From assembly GCA_029953675.1 (NCBI GenBank), contig JAMWBK010000008.1:1632001-1880000 (forward strand): a stretch of DNA of 248,000 nt. The letters are read 5' to 3'. The translations under genes and the position numbers were made by a program. A model generated the notes under the pieces. It did no database searches and was not told the origin of the DNA. It was given only the letters and a program-made list of their open reading frames with translations. This stretch comes from Rhodosorus marinus CCMP1338. Taxonomy: Eukaryota > Plantae > Rhodophyta. How positions within the stretch are numbered: position 1 is the stretch's first letter; each line of letters begins with the position of its first letter. Of this stretch, positions 11,701 through 26,200 are shown piece by piece.

Positions 11701-13999
11701 CCACAGAGCATTTCTCTTTCATAAAAAGGAGCCCGATTGAGTAAGAGATCCTTAGCGTCCTCTCCTCTTTGTAGCTTTCTTAAGTGCCCCAGCCTGTGGT
11801 TTCAAATAAGATCCCGTTTTACATACGGACGGAGCATTCGGAGTTTATACACGAAAAGTTTCGCTCTGAAAAGACTTGATCTGATATTCCCGGTCTCAGC
11901 TATGTACCCCCTTCCGCAAGTGCATAGATGAAGTGCCCTTTTCATGTCCGCAAGTCAAAAAAAACACCAAACAAACACACCAATACCCCCACGACCAGAT
12001 ATTAGCTCCCTGCGTTCCAAAACTCTGGCCCTCCACATCACTGCCGCGATCCGCCAGCAGTCCCACTTGCCAATACAAATATTGTCTACAATGACCACAA
12101 CTCCCCGATGTCATTCAGGCTACTTTTAGGACATATATAATTATTTTGTTTGACATTTCAATATATTAATGAACGAAAACAAGAATAGATGATGTCTAAA
12201 TGTAGAAATAATACTCGAAATGAGTTTTTCTTTACCCCCCTCCGCTACTCGCCTGACACGTGCGGAAGACATCAAAATTCAAAAAACTTAAAGAATTAGT
12301 GACTTTGTCAGGAACTTATGATAGCATTCACACCCCTACGTTTGGGGATCTTTGGTTTTTTCTGAAGTCTGATTTAGAAAAATCCTTGTTCAAGTGTGCG
12401 CTGTTTTTCGTCCGTTTTTTGTTGGTTTTGTTTTGGAGGTCGTTTCCAATGCAACGGTTGATGAAGTTGTCGCGGGCAGAGTTTCGGTTTTGGGGGGGTA
12501 TTCACCTAGTCATAGAGGGACCCGCTGGCCGTAGTTGACACTAGTCCGAGTGGTAAGCCCATCCCACTAGTAGTTTTGTCTGTTCTATATGGCTTACGGT
12601 GAGGAGCTTGTGCTGGACGGAGGATTCCTCCGCTGCCTTCTGTGCCAGGCAATTCTAAGTCCGACCCGCCTACAAACGTACGCAAGCTTGTGAAGACCAA
12701 AGTCTCAATCTCGCCAGAGGACCACGCTGGTCCACAGGCGGGCCAGCGTCCCATCCATACTCATTTAACCTCCCGTGAGCACCCGAAGCGATTTTCCAGG
12801 AGAGATCGTCCTCGAATTACGTAGTCGCCATCTAAGAAATCGCCAACCTACACCAATGAAAAAACAAACAACCAAACAAACCAAAATACGCAACGGCAAA
12901 AAAACAGAAAAAGAAAAGGAGCCCACCACCAACCACTCAACGAGCAAGGGTCGCAGCCCGGCCGAAAGTGATCGTAAGCCAATACCCCCCCGTGTGCTTG
13001 ACTTACAACGATCACTGAATTTCTTTGAAAGAAGAGACAGGGACAATGGTTGACCGGACCGTTAACTTTCAGTACCCCAAAAACAACCAAAATGGGAAAA
13101 TCGAAACTTTTTTACCCCCCGGGTGGACTTTTTATTGAATATCTTTAAAAATAATAGAAACCTAAATAAGTATTGAGTAGCCCAGATGTTTTAATTAATT
13201 CCCAAGAAGATAAGCAGAAGGAAGAGTCCGATGGATGGATGGATTTACCAGAAGAATGCATCTGATCAGGCGCGGAATCGAACGAGCGATCGAAGAGTTG
13301 TCTAATGCCTTAGTTTTTTTTGAAAACATTGTATCTAGACAAAAACAATTTTGCTCATAGGAAATCAGATGGATGAGTCCCATAGAGGGATGGATTTAAT
13401 AGAAAAAAGCATCTCATCCGGCCCGGAATCGAACGAGAGATGAAGGAGTCTAAGGGAGTAGTTTTCTTTGAAAATAATTCTATCTGGAAACAACAAAAAA
13501 ACCGAATAGAAAATCTGGAAGAGTCCGATGGATGGATAGATTTACCAGAAAAAAGCTCCTAATCAAGCGGATTCGTGGATCCAGGAGCGTGTAAATAGAG
13601 TAGTTTTATTTGAAACAAATGGAAACAAACAATGTATTGGGAAATATTTGGTTTTCGCTCGTACCCCCAGAGAACGAGGAGCCCGACTGCTCTACGAATG
13701 AGGGAAATAGATCTCCAAAAACAATAAGAAGTCCCCCCAGCGTGACAGTGCATCCAAAAACTACTTTTTCCCAACGGCGGATAGTTTACGATGTAGAGAA
13801 AAAAACAAGACCGCCCAAATCTCCTTTTTCCCGTGCATTTATCAGACTTTCATCTACTGGTAATTTTTTTTAACTATTTCATTTTCGGCGATATGTAATT
13901 AAATTGTTGCCGAAGATGTAAATGTTTTTTTCCATATTGTTTTCCTTGTGTATGATGTGAAAAAGGGGGGGGGGGTTGGGGGTTCTGCATGAGAAATGC

Positions 14000-14340
14000 G
14001 TAGTCGTTTTACCTGGCTTTATTAGCATAGCCTAAAGCGCTTCGCAAACCTAGAAAAGGAACTAAGAACTAGTAGGAAGCGTGCAAACCCAGGTGCCGAT
14101 GGCGCGCCTCGGCAAGCATGCTGCTCGAATATCGCCACAGAGAGACGCTTAAACGCCGCAAAAGTTCCAAGTATTCAAGGGGATCCTTAGTGAAACATTT
14201 CCGCAACCACTCCAAACGCGCCTTCTCCACGTGACCAAAGCTTTCCTCAATGAAATGCTGGAACCGACTAACATCGCTCATAGCCTGATACGCTACTTTA
14301 GGGACTAGGGAGAAGAGCATGCAAGCCTAGACGGCGGTGG
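14000..14340 (-). mobile_element. CRE-like non-LTR family A, 3' fragment
   Basis: FQHFIEESFGHVEKARLEWLRKCF...RHLGLHASY plus the family-A 3' end. Confidence 0.8.
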
Positions 14341-16215
14341 CGTGCCTCGGCGAGCAATGAGTCGTATTATGAATTTTTGGAATTGCTGTCCAGAACAAAC
14401 ACAGCTTCAACAATCTTTTTGACCCCTCCTCTCTAGAGTACCTGCGGGAACCGGGTTTTTACTGGTTTTTACTAACGTAGCCTGATGCGTTACGCCAAAA
14501 GTAAAAGGAGACTAGGGACTCGGGAACAGGTAGGAGTGTGGATGGGGGGGGGGGGATGGTTGGGCTTGGTCACTTGATATTTATAACAACTCGAAACTTT
14601 GCCATTTTCAAAGTTTTCACTACGTGAGTGTTTCACTCTAGTTACAGCTCTACTCGAATCGCCTCTGTAAAAGATGACCCGGCGTTGGAGGAGATGATCT
14701 TAGGAATATTTTGCAAACTACGAATTTGTCACACCCCTGCACCAGGAAATTGCTTTCACAATGCGCAAGTTTTCTCCGGATGAGAGCACGTAGCACTGTC
14801 CCATGACGCGTTTTTTTTTTAAAGAGTCCACCACTGTAAGTAAAACCACCACTGTCCCATCACTTTTTACTTTTTTTTGGAAGCAAAGGTATTGCTGTGG
14901 AAGACACTGGGAATGCGGACGGAAATGGTTGTTTCCTGATGAATTTTCTCTCTTTTCAGTTCCTTACACTGTAGTTTGGAATTCAGTCAATATGGACGAG
15001 CTCTCCACCAATTCTTTCGAGGTACTCGGCGACGTATGTATACACACGTGGGTTTCTTGTGTTGACCGAGTTCGGCGTATTTCGGGTTGTATCGCCCCCA
15101 CCCAGCCAAACCAAATAGGGCCTTCAAACGATTTTCAGGTTGTCGCATACTTGTTAATTGATCAGGAGTTGATATTTCCTGCTTCACCCACGAAATCTTG
15201 CCCCTGTTAATCGTCCCTGGTGGAAAGTGGGGACATTGGGGAGAGTGCGGGTGGGGAGGAGGGGGGGGAAAAGCTTCCCCTTAACCCTTGGCCCTGCTTT
15301 GGAGATAATTTGATGGACTTGGGAACGACATGTTTTTTTCGCATAAAATGGAATTCCGGTCAACGCACAAACGGGGCTGAGTTTTGGTTGAGGGCTGTGG
15401 AAGAAAAAAACTTCTAGGAAAGCTCAGAAAAACCCTGTCCTGGCCTTTTGTACAAGAGGAGGCCAATTGTTAAAAGTATTCATACCTTCCTTTCAACCGA
15501 CTATATTCCTGTTCCCCTTCAGCAATTGCATTTCTTGAAATACCATCCCCCCCATCCAACGGATTCCTCCACCCCTCGGGACGGGAATAAAATCCACACG
15601 CCCAAACCTCCTCCGTATTCCCCGGTTTACTTGAATTTGGACATGACACGACCCAATGGCCCCTCCCCCCCGGGCTCTCCAGTCGAATTCCAGCAAGATA
15701 GTCTCGACCCTAAACAACGATATCAACTTTGCGACTTTTCTGTTTTTGGGTTCCGAGGCCATGGAAGCGCGCGCAACACAACATGCCCTCAAGCCTGACG
15801 AACTCCAAAATGAGGCAATAAGTCCCCAACTTCCAGGGGTGGAAGTGTTGGTGCGGATGTAGCCACCATCCATCCACGCAACTGTCCTCTATCGCGCACC
15901 CTCTCCAAGCTGTTTAAAAACCGAAATCTTCCCTGAATCGTTTCAGAGAAGAAAAAAAGATCATCTATCATCGATCGTGAAGTTGTGGCAAGTTTGTCCC
16001 AAAAAACAGGGCTTGGAAAAACCCTTTCCTCGGGACTAGTTTATGAATGAAATTTAGAGTCTTAGATTCGTTTGTCCAATGAAAAGATGTGTTCGGTGTT
16101 GTCGTCGAAGATTATTTGTTGAGAGGGTACCGGAAGTGGATGAGAAAGACTAGCTAAAAACAAGCAATAAACAAGATTGGTTTTTTTTTTTTTTGGGGGG
16201 GGGGGGGGAGGTGGT

Positions 16216-17510
16216 GGTTTTACTGGACTTTACTGGACTTTACTAGCATAGCCTGAAGCGCTACGCAAGGCGTGAAGATGAACTAATAACTAGGGAGGGA
16301 AGTATGCAACCCCAGGCGCCGATGGCGCGCCTCGGACAGCATGTCGCTGGAATATCGCCAAAGGGAGACACTTAAACGCCTCAAGAGCGCCAAATATTCA
16401 GTAGGATGCTCAGCAAAACATTTCCGCAACCACTCTAAACCCGACTTATCGACGTGACCAAAGCTTTCCACAATGAATGGCTGGAACCGGTGAGAGCGAC
16501 CCTCAGCGCAAGGCAGACTGGCCATGCTCTCAGCATACCGTCGTTCCTTAACTCTTCGAAGGGCTGAAGCCGCGGCCCCCCGGCGGCGGGCGGCTGCGGT
16601 GAGGTGGGCGCTGGCCACGGGGCAGGTAATCGCAAGGTCCACATATGTTGAGCGTCTGGCAGCAGCGTCAGAGACGAGGAGATCGGCTATACAACGGGGC
16701 GGTGCAGAGTCCGAGATGGATCTGGGCAGTTCCGACTCAACCTCAACCGTATGCCCTATTCGAGTCAAAAATTCGCTGAGGATGTACTTGAGGCGAGTGT
16801 GACGCCTCGTACGGAGACCTCGCAACAGTCCGCAGGAACCCAGGAAGTGGTAGCCACAAGCGTCAATCCGGCTCTCACATCCCTGACAGAAAGACGGCCG
16901 ATTAGAGTGCCACGGAGCCTGTGGCAAACCGAGATAGATCCGTGCGGCAGAACGGAACTGGAAAGCATCGAGACGATGACTCAATGACGACGGTAGAGTG
17001 GTTAACCACAAGTGCGAGAGGTGGCCTCCCATGCCGCGGAGACGAGCGGCAGTGGTAGGCGGCGTGAGAGGAGAATTGAGCATGACTGTGTGAGCGGCAC
17101 TGTGTTGGCCCCAGGTGAGGCTATGTTGAATCACATCAGTGCGGGAGCTCCACAATCGGCTCAAACCCGGGTAGTCTGCAACAGGGGACCCGGGGCTAGC
17201 CTCTCCGTCGTCGGCAAGAACTCGGTCGAGGGGACAATCCTCAATCGCTTCAGCTCGTCCCCATAACAGCTCCCTCCAGGAACGAAAGCGGGACCGATTT
17301 GCGTCCGGCACGGCGTTGCACCTCCTGAACGCGTGTTGAAGACCATCATAAATTGTCAAAAGCGGGGGCGGCAGGCTCACTGGATCCTCGTTGGTCAAAG
17401 CTCGAGCCAAGAGGCAGGCACTTCGCATCTGGAAGGTCACCAACGTTCGCAGCGCGGTAGCCCAGGAGGCAACCGCCGCTGGCGAGCATACCAGCCCACG
17501 GTCTGCGACG
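16216..17510 (-). mobile_element. CRE-like non-LTR retrotransposon family A, 5'-truncated; zinc finger and restriction-like endonuclease in an open frame
   Basis: ORF 16283-17443: C..C...D..G.H...C, RTRRH, ADLLV, YVDLAI, K..RY, FQPFIVESFG; tandem 3' tail (AGTAAAGTCC)n. Confidence 0.88.
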
Positions 17511-17956
17511 CCGAGACTTTACTAGCACAGCCTAATGCGATGCGCAAAACGTAAAGGGAAACTAGGGGTTTGGCGCGCATCGGCGAGCATTGGGTTGTTG
17601 GAGGACATTGTACGTAATTGTTGCTGGAGCTTGCCGGATCGAGGCCTCTCCGAAAGCTCGTTTTTTTCTTTACCTTTCTCCTTTCATGGAAGCGGGAGCG
17701 ACGTTGTTAGAGGGCGTTTGCGCAGGCAATCCCGAGCCTGTACGCTTAGGGAATGGGGGATTGCGGTTCGAGGAGGGGAATTCGGTGACTGGGTATTCAA
17801 TTCTTCTGGTTTCCTTCAGCTTCAGCAAAGCGAAATGAAAATTCCTTTGCGTGAGTGATTGAACGCAAGGATCGTTGAGTATAAATATGACTCCGTATCC
17901 CGAGTCGCAGTCCGGGCTATCAGCCTGGTGACGACTTTGTTGGTTGCAGGGTTCCC

Positions 17957-19786
17957 TTGGTCTGCGAGGACGCTGACGCCCCAACACCGACCCCAACCCC
18001 AACACCCTCAATGGAGTCGCCATGCCAGAACTATGCGGACGAGTTTTCCAGTGTCGTGGTTGGAAACGAAGAGAACAGGACGTGCTTCCAGCTTCGCGCC
18101 AATGGAGCTGCAGATGGTGTCCGAGTTGGAACCTTGTGCCTGAGTGTAAAACCGGCTGGCGAGAAAACTTGCGTCGTGTTTTACTTTATCGCGTCCGCCC
18201 CGTACGTGTTCAAGGGCGCGAAGGCAGGATTAGCGAATGATTGTGCCGATGAAAACGAGCAACCCTTCCAGGTAGTGAAGACAGGACCATTCACGTCCAC
18301 AAAAGTATACGTGTGCCTGAACAAGCTTAGCTCGCCGCCCGGAGTTGATAATGAAGGGTGCTGCAATGAGGAAATTTGTATGTTCTCACAAGTAACGGCT
18401 ATGGACTCGAGCTCGTCTCCTCCAAAGAAGATTACTGCTTCTCCCAAGGACGCAGGGAAGGGTTGCGAGGAGTCAGATAACGGTGCCGACACTCAATGCA
18501 ATGTACCCTTGATTTGCACGAATCCGACGCCGACACCATCGCCGACGCCATCTCCGACACCATCGCCGACACCAACGCCAACGCCATCGCCGACGCCATC
18601 GCCGACACCATCGCCGACACCATCACCGACACCATCGCCGACACCATCGCCGACACCATCGCCGACGCCATCGCCGACACCATCACCGACACCATCACCG
18701 ACACCATCACCGACACCATCACCGACACCATCGCCGACGCCATCACCGACACCATCACCGACACCATCGCCGACACCATCGCCGACACCATCGCCGACAC
18801 CATCGCCGACGCCATCACCGACACCATCGCCGACGCCATCACCGACACCATCGCCGACGCCATCACCGACACCATCACCGACACCATCACCGACACCATC
18901 ACCGACACCATCGCCGACGCCATCGCCGACGCCATCACCGACACCATCACCGACACCATCACCGACACCATCACCGACACCAACGCCAACGCCATCGCCG
19001 ACACCATCGCCGACACCGTCGCCGACACCGTCGCCGACACCGTCATCGCCGACACCATCTGCACCACCAACCCCACCGTGTGATGCGACCGATGTGGATT
19101 ACTGCTTTTCGTTTGACTTCTCAAGCTCAATCTGGGATCCGGTCAACGGTCTGAACGGTGGGGGGAGCACGGAGAAGTTTGAGTCGCAGAAGGAATTGGT
19201 GCTGGGAGTCATGGACAGACTCGCCACTCAGGACGTCAGTAACCTTAACCGGTACGGATTTGTGATATTCGGAGGAAGTTCAGGAGGAAGCAACGAGAAC
19301 AACGATACAGTCCCAAACCTGTCCCAGAAGATTGTAGATCCGTTAACAAATTATGCTACTGTTAGGACGGCGGTAGAGGCGTTGCAGTCTCCGTCTTTGG
19401 TGCCTCAGAGTCAGATCCCGGCTCAGAACACGAACATTGAGAAGGGTCTACGTTTCTGCGAGGAAATCCTGAACAGCAACGGCAACCAAAGAACGAGGGT
19501 TCTGATTCTGACGAGCGATGGGAGAGCGACCAGAGGTAACGGTGCTGGTGATACCGACACCAACGCTGCTAATAACGACCTTGTCGCACAGGCGCTGGCA
19601 ATCCAGAACAGTGGAATCATCATCCTAACTGCCGGGACAACTGAAACGATCGACGCTCCGTACTTGCCAGTGTTCGATGCTCTGGCATCATCTGGAGAAG
19701 CGATCGTGACGGAAAAACAAGAAGATTTCGAATTGCTGATTGAGGACATCGTTGAGGCCGTCTGCGGGGAATTGGTGGAGCCCTAA
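17957..19786 (+). CDS. Cys-rich module + (PS/PT)n linker + VWA protein; N-terminally truncated paralog of 42463-47436, possibly a pseudogene
   Basis: MIDAS DFSSS and TSDG; the ~700 bp encoding the signal peptide and first Cys module of the paralog are missing. Confidence 0.8.
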   Translation: MVCEDADAPTPTPTPTPSMESPCQNYADEFSSVVVGNEENRTCFQLRANGAADGVRVGTLCLSVKPAGEKTCVVFYFIASAPYVFKGAKAGLANDCADENEQPFQVVKTGPFTSTKVYVCLNKLSSPPGVDNEGCCNEEICMFSQVTAMDSSSSPPKKITASPKDAGKGCEESDNGADTQCNVPLICTNPTPTPSPTPSPTPSPTPTPTPSPTPSPTPSPTPSPTPSPTPSPTPSPTPSPTPSPTPSPTPSPTPSPTPSPTPSPTPSPTPSPTPSPTPSPTPSPTPSPTPSPTPSPTPSPTPSPTPSPTPSPTPSPTPSPTPSPTPSPTPSPTPSPTPSPTPTPTPSPTPSPTPSPTPSPTPSSPTPSAPPTPPCDATDVDYCFSFDFSSSIWDPVNGLNGGGSTEKFESQKELVLGVMDRLATQDVSNLNRYGFVIFGGSSGGSNENNDTVPNLSQKIVDPLTNYATVRTAVEALQSPSLVPQSQIPAQNTNIEKGLRFCEEILNSNGNQRTRVLILTSDGRATRGNGAGDTDTNAANNDLVAQALAIQNSGIIILTAGTTETIDAPYLPVFDALASSGEAIVTEKQEDFELLIEDIVEAVCGELVEP

Positions 19787-22349
19787 ACACTAAATCTTGA
19801 AGTACAATAGTTGAAGGTTATTTATTGCTTGCTGGATTGATAGGCATAAATTAAACTTCATTCAAATTAATAGCAGTGAATTGGCTTTATGGTGGTTTTA
19901 CTGGCTTTATTAGCAGTGGTTTCACTAACATGGACTTCACTAACATAGCCTGAAGCGCTATGCAAAACATAGGAGGAAACTCGGGACTACGAAGAAGAGC
20001 ATGTACTCGCCCAGGCGACGGTGGCGCGCCTCGGCGAGCATGTTGCTAGAATACCGCCAGGGTGCAATACTTAAACGGCGGAGGAGCACCAGATATTCTT
20101 CAGGATGTTCGTAAGTGCTTTACTACGAAGTAAAGCACTTACGTAGTGTGCTGAGGTGCCTTCATGGCATGAAGACACCTCAGCACACTCATCCAGCGAA
20201 ACATAGACCTCGGAATACTTCAGGCCATAGGACATAGCGGACTCAGCACAGGCAGCATGAAACTGAACCTACAAAGTGCATGAGCCATGCGAGGAATACT
20301 CAGCATACACCTCAGCCTGATACTCGGAACACTAAGTCTACTGAAACGAATCAAGAAACAACCAAACTCCAAAGCCTCACAATATCAATCCAGTTGACAA
20401 TACTAGCCGGACATCAACTCCAGCTACTCTAAATCAGTAGGGAAGAGACTCAACAACCAAGAGACCACAAAGCTAAAAAGATGAAGAGCAAGACCATGAG
20501 AAGCCAGCCAGATCAAGAACCAGAGCACGAAGGTATAGACCTAATCGGACAGGAACACAGTCTGTAACGCTGTGAATACTGGAAACTAACCCTCCAGCTC
20601 AGTAAGTTCAGCTCATGCCTGTACCTGAAAGCAACCAGACTATACAAAACAGCCAGGACTGCACTCAAAGACAAATCAGAAGCCACAAATAGCAATAAAA
20701 CACCGAACCTAGTAGTGGACACAACACAGGATAAGCTCAATCAAGGCATCTCAGAGACAAGAATCAGCAAAGACCAGCCACTCCGATCAATACCAAATAC
20801 AGTATAGGGAAGCCTACTCAAAAAGGTACAGAGACCTGCTCAATCCGACAACAGCACCTATAGCCCGTTAGCCATCTACGAAACAAGATCTAAACCAGTC
20901 AAACCAGCAGAACAAGCACCAGAAGAAGCCATGAAAAACCTGAAAACAAGCCTGGGAACCCTCCGACCCCTCAAAGCTCTAAACAAATGTCCTAGCGGAA
21001 ACATTTCAGACCCCTCAGCAGGATCCTTGTGCTGAGACAGCCCCCAAATTACAATAACCTAAAAGAGATACCAAGCAGCCCACCACTCTAGAAATGCCAC
21101 CTATTGTAACCTCCTAGGGACGAATTAAAAAGAGTCAATTACAGTGAAAGCTATATAACCCCCTGAAATACTCAAACTAGCAAACAAGGAAGCCACAAAG
21201 TCAACCAAGCAGCCTACCCCCCAGCCCTCCTCTTCCTCATCAACAACGATCTGGATCAGGAGGGCTTTTGCGCGACTTAGAACAAGAAATACAAAACAGT
21301 TTCAAATCTGACCAGTAGGGAACCAGTACTAAATAACACCTCTCATAGGTCCTAAACCCCCAAGTCTTCTCAATCGGCCACTATCTCTAGTACGGCTACC
21401 CTATAGAGGGCGATCCCCCTAATACTAGCTCCCCGAGCAACCTTTGAAAGCCTAGAACTAGCCAAAAGAACCTCACCAGACACCTCATTAGCCTCCCACC
21501 CTCCTCGTCAATCCAATCTCACAAGCAGCCTGCATACCCTCCGCAACCCCAAAACAGCCTCTGCAGGGTACTTTAACACCATTTTGCCCCCTTTTCACCC
21601 TTTTTGGACTAAATCTAGTAGGGAACAAGGAGTCAAAATCAAGGACATGCAAGAAGTACCCAATACTCCGAGACAACGCCAAAACGGCATATATATGAAG
21701 CCCAAACTTCAAAGAAAACCATCAACCAGCCCACCTTGCGAAGCAAACTCTCAAGCGGCTACCCACGCTCAGCCCCGGATGGCACCCCTCAAAGCTCGAC
21801 AGAGTCTCAGCGAAGCGAATCCTGCACCAGCTACCTTCAAATCAGGCAATATCGCATTGATACCCGAAAAACGGCCTCTGCAAGGGTACCTACCGAGGTA
21901 AGGTCATTTTGCCCCTTTTTGCCCTTTTCGGACTAAATCTAGTAGGGAACATTACCGCAAGACACTGAAATGCCGAAAAGTCCAGATATACAGAAAAACT
22001 GCATAAAAGCCCTAAAAACTAGCCATTACACACAACCAGCCCAATACCACCCCACCAGCCACAAGACTGAGCTCCAGAGAGCGAAATGGACACTGAGTTC
22101 GACACTTAGAGATAGATTGCGTTGTGCGCCGCGCCGATTTTCGCTGAAGCCCCAAGAAACGTCCTCTGCCGGGTAACCCCAGGTCACGTAATTTTCCTCA
22201 AATATGCCACTTTTTCCCTATAATTTATTAGCGAACAGAAGCACAAAACCACTGAATGCACGTTTTTACCTACCCTCACCGGCCATCTAGTATCGCCCAC
22301 CTATCCTATTGAAAAAGAGTTGAAAACTCTTGGGAGCCCTGTCTTCCCT

Positions 22350-22625
22350 GGGCATTCGTGCTTCGGCACGTAGCTCATCTGTTGGTAGCTCTGGTCATCC
22401 TGAGTGCTTTTGGGTTTATGGATTCCGTTGGTTCTCGTTGGCTTCGGGAATTGTTCCGCGGACGCCATGACCCTCTATCCTCGTTGTTTACCCGTTTAAG
22501 TTTCTTTTTGTCCCGTATAAACGGTGCTTTGATGTTGGAGGCGCGAGATCTTGGCCGCGCTTAGTCTTTTTTGTCCCCTCGGGGTTTTTTCTTTCAGCCT
22601 CCGATTAAACCAATTCATTCATTGA
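22350..22625 (+). mobile_element. CRE-like family B, 3' fragment
   Basis: FGFMDSVGSRWLRELF...ALMLEARDL; ends CTCCGATTAAACCAATTCATTCATT. Confidence 0.75.
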
Positions 22626-23259
22626 AGAAACAAACAAACAAACAAACAAAAATACGTATCGGCAAAAAAAAAGAAGAGGAGGAGCCCACCACCCACCACT
22701 CAACGAGAAGGGTCCCAGCCCGCCGGAAGGTCCCGAGTTGTGAAAGTAACTGCACTGTGAAGGTGCGTCCCTGTCGATGGGCTTGGCTTGCAACGATCTC
22801 TGAATTTCTTTGAAAAGAGGAGACAGAGCCAATTTGGCCGTTAACTCTAAGTATCTAAAAACGACAAAAGTGGGTTTAACTTTTTACTCGCAGAGGGCTC
22901 TCGGTAGAGCACCCGAGGAACATTGTGTGTGTGTGTGGAAAAGATCTCAAGTGCGACTGCATCCGATCGCCCCGAGATCTCACAATCTCGGAACGGACCT
23001 TGCATTTCGACCGGACCTGCTTCACTCTCCGTCCACGCTCCTCTACAAGCACAGTCACTTGGCGGAAGGAGTTCCACTCCGCACCCCTCTTCCTCCCCAA
23101 TCCTCTCAAACCCCTTCGACAACGAGCCTAGAAAAGCGACTGTACCCTAGCTAGCAATAGCTCCGAAGGTTTTCCATCCCCCCTCTTCACGCAGCCGAAG
23201 CAATCGATGACCCATCGCCAACAACCTCAAACCGAGGGGAACATTGATCGATTGATGAT

Positions 23260-26200
23260 CCGTTTATTCAGAGCGTAACTACCGCGAGAAGCGAGAAACA
23301 AGAAGCTGATGACGCGCGTCCAACAACTAAGCAGCGTCACAAGGTCAAGGACAGCTCCGTGAGGAGGCTATCAAGGCGACCTGGGTTGGTCCGAAAAAAA
23401 AAAAAAGCCCACGAAGCCAACGGGAACCTACTCTGTCAACTAAACCAAAGCACTCGATGATCAGTGGAACAAATCGATAGGACAATGCCGAATCGCGAAG
23501 CTCAGAGTCTAACATAGCCGCAGCGTACTGGGATTCCTTCAGTTGCCGCATTGACCGAGCTGAAGCGCCTCGGCGTCGAGCAGACGCTGGAAGGTATCTG
23601 GTAGCCTGAGGACCCTTGTCCTTGATAGAAAGGTCGATGTACTCACTCCGACGAGCACTCAGATCAGTGACCACTAGGTCCGCCACCCGTTGGACCACAG
23701 GGGCATCAGCCTCATCAGTTTTTACCGTTGCTACCGGCAGGGGGACCTCATACTCCCCCTCCCGGTCCGGGCCAGCACGTGAGAACGAAGATAGTGGAAC
23801 ATCAAGCGGTTCAGCCGCGTGTGGCGTGGAGTCGAGGCCCCTTGGACTGCGGACAAGATGCGAACAAGAGCTCACCAAAATCACCGCAGGGCACCGAGCC
23901 GCCGCGCAGGTTACATCTCGAATTCCTGTCCGCAGGCCATGGCGGTTGTGGCAACCCAAGGTACAAGCGCAAGCTCGTACGCAGCTCGAAATCTGTCGTC
24001 ACCAACCGCGGGTAGTCAAGAATGACCGTAAAGAAGTGAGAGCTCAGACTACCCCCCAAACCACGGAGGCGAGTCACGGTCGAAGGCGGAGAGGAAGGCG
24101 AACTCAGAAGGGTGGCGTACGAGTCCCGATGTATGTCCCAAGAGAGGGGTTTTTGTAATACATCAGTCCTCTAACGGGCCCGACCCGACCGGGTAACACA
24201 CTCCTCAGGCGGCCTCGACGGCACTGCGACAACGTCCATTTCAGCATCATCTTCAGCGCAAATGAGTTCACCGCCCTCTGGTTCCAGGTGTTCACCACTT
24301 CCGAGACACGGCTCGGCTGCAGACCTCCCCGAACGAGGCCCGCCAAAAGAGTCAAGAACTGCCCGCCGGGACCCGTAACGGGGCTGTGTACCGTCGGCAG
24401 GGCAATACACTGCTGAAACGCAGCCTCCAATTCTGCAAAAACACCTCCGAGCCTCAGGCGAGAGTCACGTCCAATCTCCCCACGCGAAGGCCTCGCAGCA
24501 AGCCAAGCACGTCTGGATTGTTCTCTCTAGGCCATGTAGTCAGCGCATTGGCCCAAGGGATCACCACGGCCGCCGGTTGGATCGCCGCACAAGTCCCCAA
24601 GGCCAGCCCGCCCAATCGCACGGGCAAGGCCAGCTGACGGTGAAGGACAGCCTGTTCTTCCTCCCCAAACGTAGAGAGCTCCGATTTCAACAATGTGCTG
24701 AAAACAGCCCTCGAACGCTGATCAGCGCGAAGGACTAGCCAAGCTAGAATATGGCCACAGGGCGACACTGAAACGGCGTAAGAGTTCCAAGAATTCCATG
24801 GGATACTCAGCAAAACATTTCCCCCACCTCTCCAAACCCGACTTATCCACGTGGCCGAAGGTTTCCACAACGAAAGGCTGAAACCCGGCAGACTGGCCGT
24901 ACTCTCAGCATACCGTCGTTCTTTCACTCGGCGAAGGGCCGAAGCCGCTGCTTCTCGGCGAAGGGCGGCAGAGCTGAGATGAGCGCTTGCGACAGGGCAT
25001 GTGATCGAAAGGTCCAAACATGCTGAGCGCCTGGCGGCAGTGTCGGAGACGAGGAGATCTGCCATGCAAGCGAGGCGGTGCGGTGTCCGAGACCGATCTG
25101 AGCAGTTCCGATTCCACCTCAACCGTATGCCCTACTCGAGTCAAAGATTCGCTGAGAATGTGCTTGAGGCGAGTGTGACGCCTTGTATGAAGACCTCTCA
25201 ACAGTCCGCATGAACCTAAAAAGTGGTAGCCACACGCGTCAATCCGACTCTCACATCCCTGACAGAATGACGGCCGATTAGAGTGCCACGGAGCTTGTGG
25301 GAAACCTAGGTAGATCTTTGCGGCAGTGCGGAACTGGAATGCGTCGAGACGGTGTCCCAGTGACGAAGGCAAAGTGGTTAACCACACGTGCGATAGATGG
25401 CCTTCCAGGCCGCGGAGGCGAGCGGCGGTGATAGGTGGTGTGGAGGGGGAGTTGAGCAAGATTGCGTGAGCTCCACTGTGTTGGCCCCAGGTAAGGCTAT
25501 CTGAATCACATCAGTGCGTGAGCTCCGCAATCGGCTCATACCCGGGTGATTTGGAACAGGTGACCCGGGGTTGGTTTCCGCCCTCGTCCGCGAGGACTTT
25601 GTCGATGGGAGAGCCCTCAATCGCCTCAGCACGTCCCCATAACAGCTCCCTCCAGGAGCGAAAACTGGATCGATGCTTGTCCGGTACGGCGTTGCACCTA
25701 CTGAACCCCTGCGAACTCGCAGCCAAACCAGAGGAACGAATCGTCTTTCTCCCCCTTAGACCCGGGAGAGTCGGTCCTAACACGCTTGCTGCATAGTCGC
25801 CCTGCAGGTGTCGGACGTCCGCGGTAGACTCGCGGTATGTTGACCTCGGGATTCGACGAATCCAGCGGGAGTCTCTCAAAAGACATGCCCTCCGGCGCTC
25901 CAGTGTCGCCACTCTCACTGGAACTGGTGCTAGGGGCAGACTCCTCCAACACCCCCAGCCGCCTTAGCTCTGGCTTGTAGCGCGAGGTTAGCACGAGGCG
26001 CCTCCCCCGAAGGACGGCCGTACGCACGTGACGCGGGCCTGACCCGAACCGCTCCAACAAAATCCTCTCGATACGGTGAATGCGAAGCCAATGGATGGCT
26101 GCCGCCTTCACGCTGCTCTCCAGCTCGGAGAGCCCGTCAGTCTGCCCCGGGGACAGAAATTGCCCCGAGAAGCGGTCGAACGCGAAATGCAGGGTGACCT

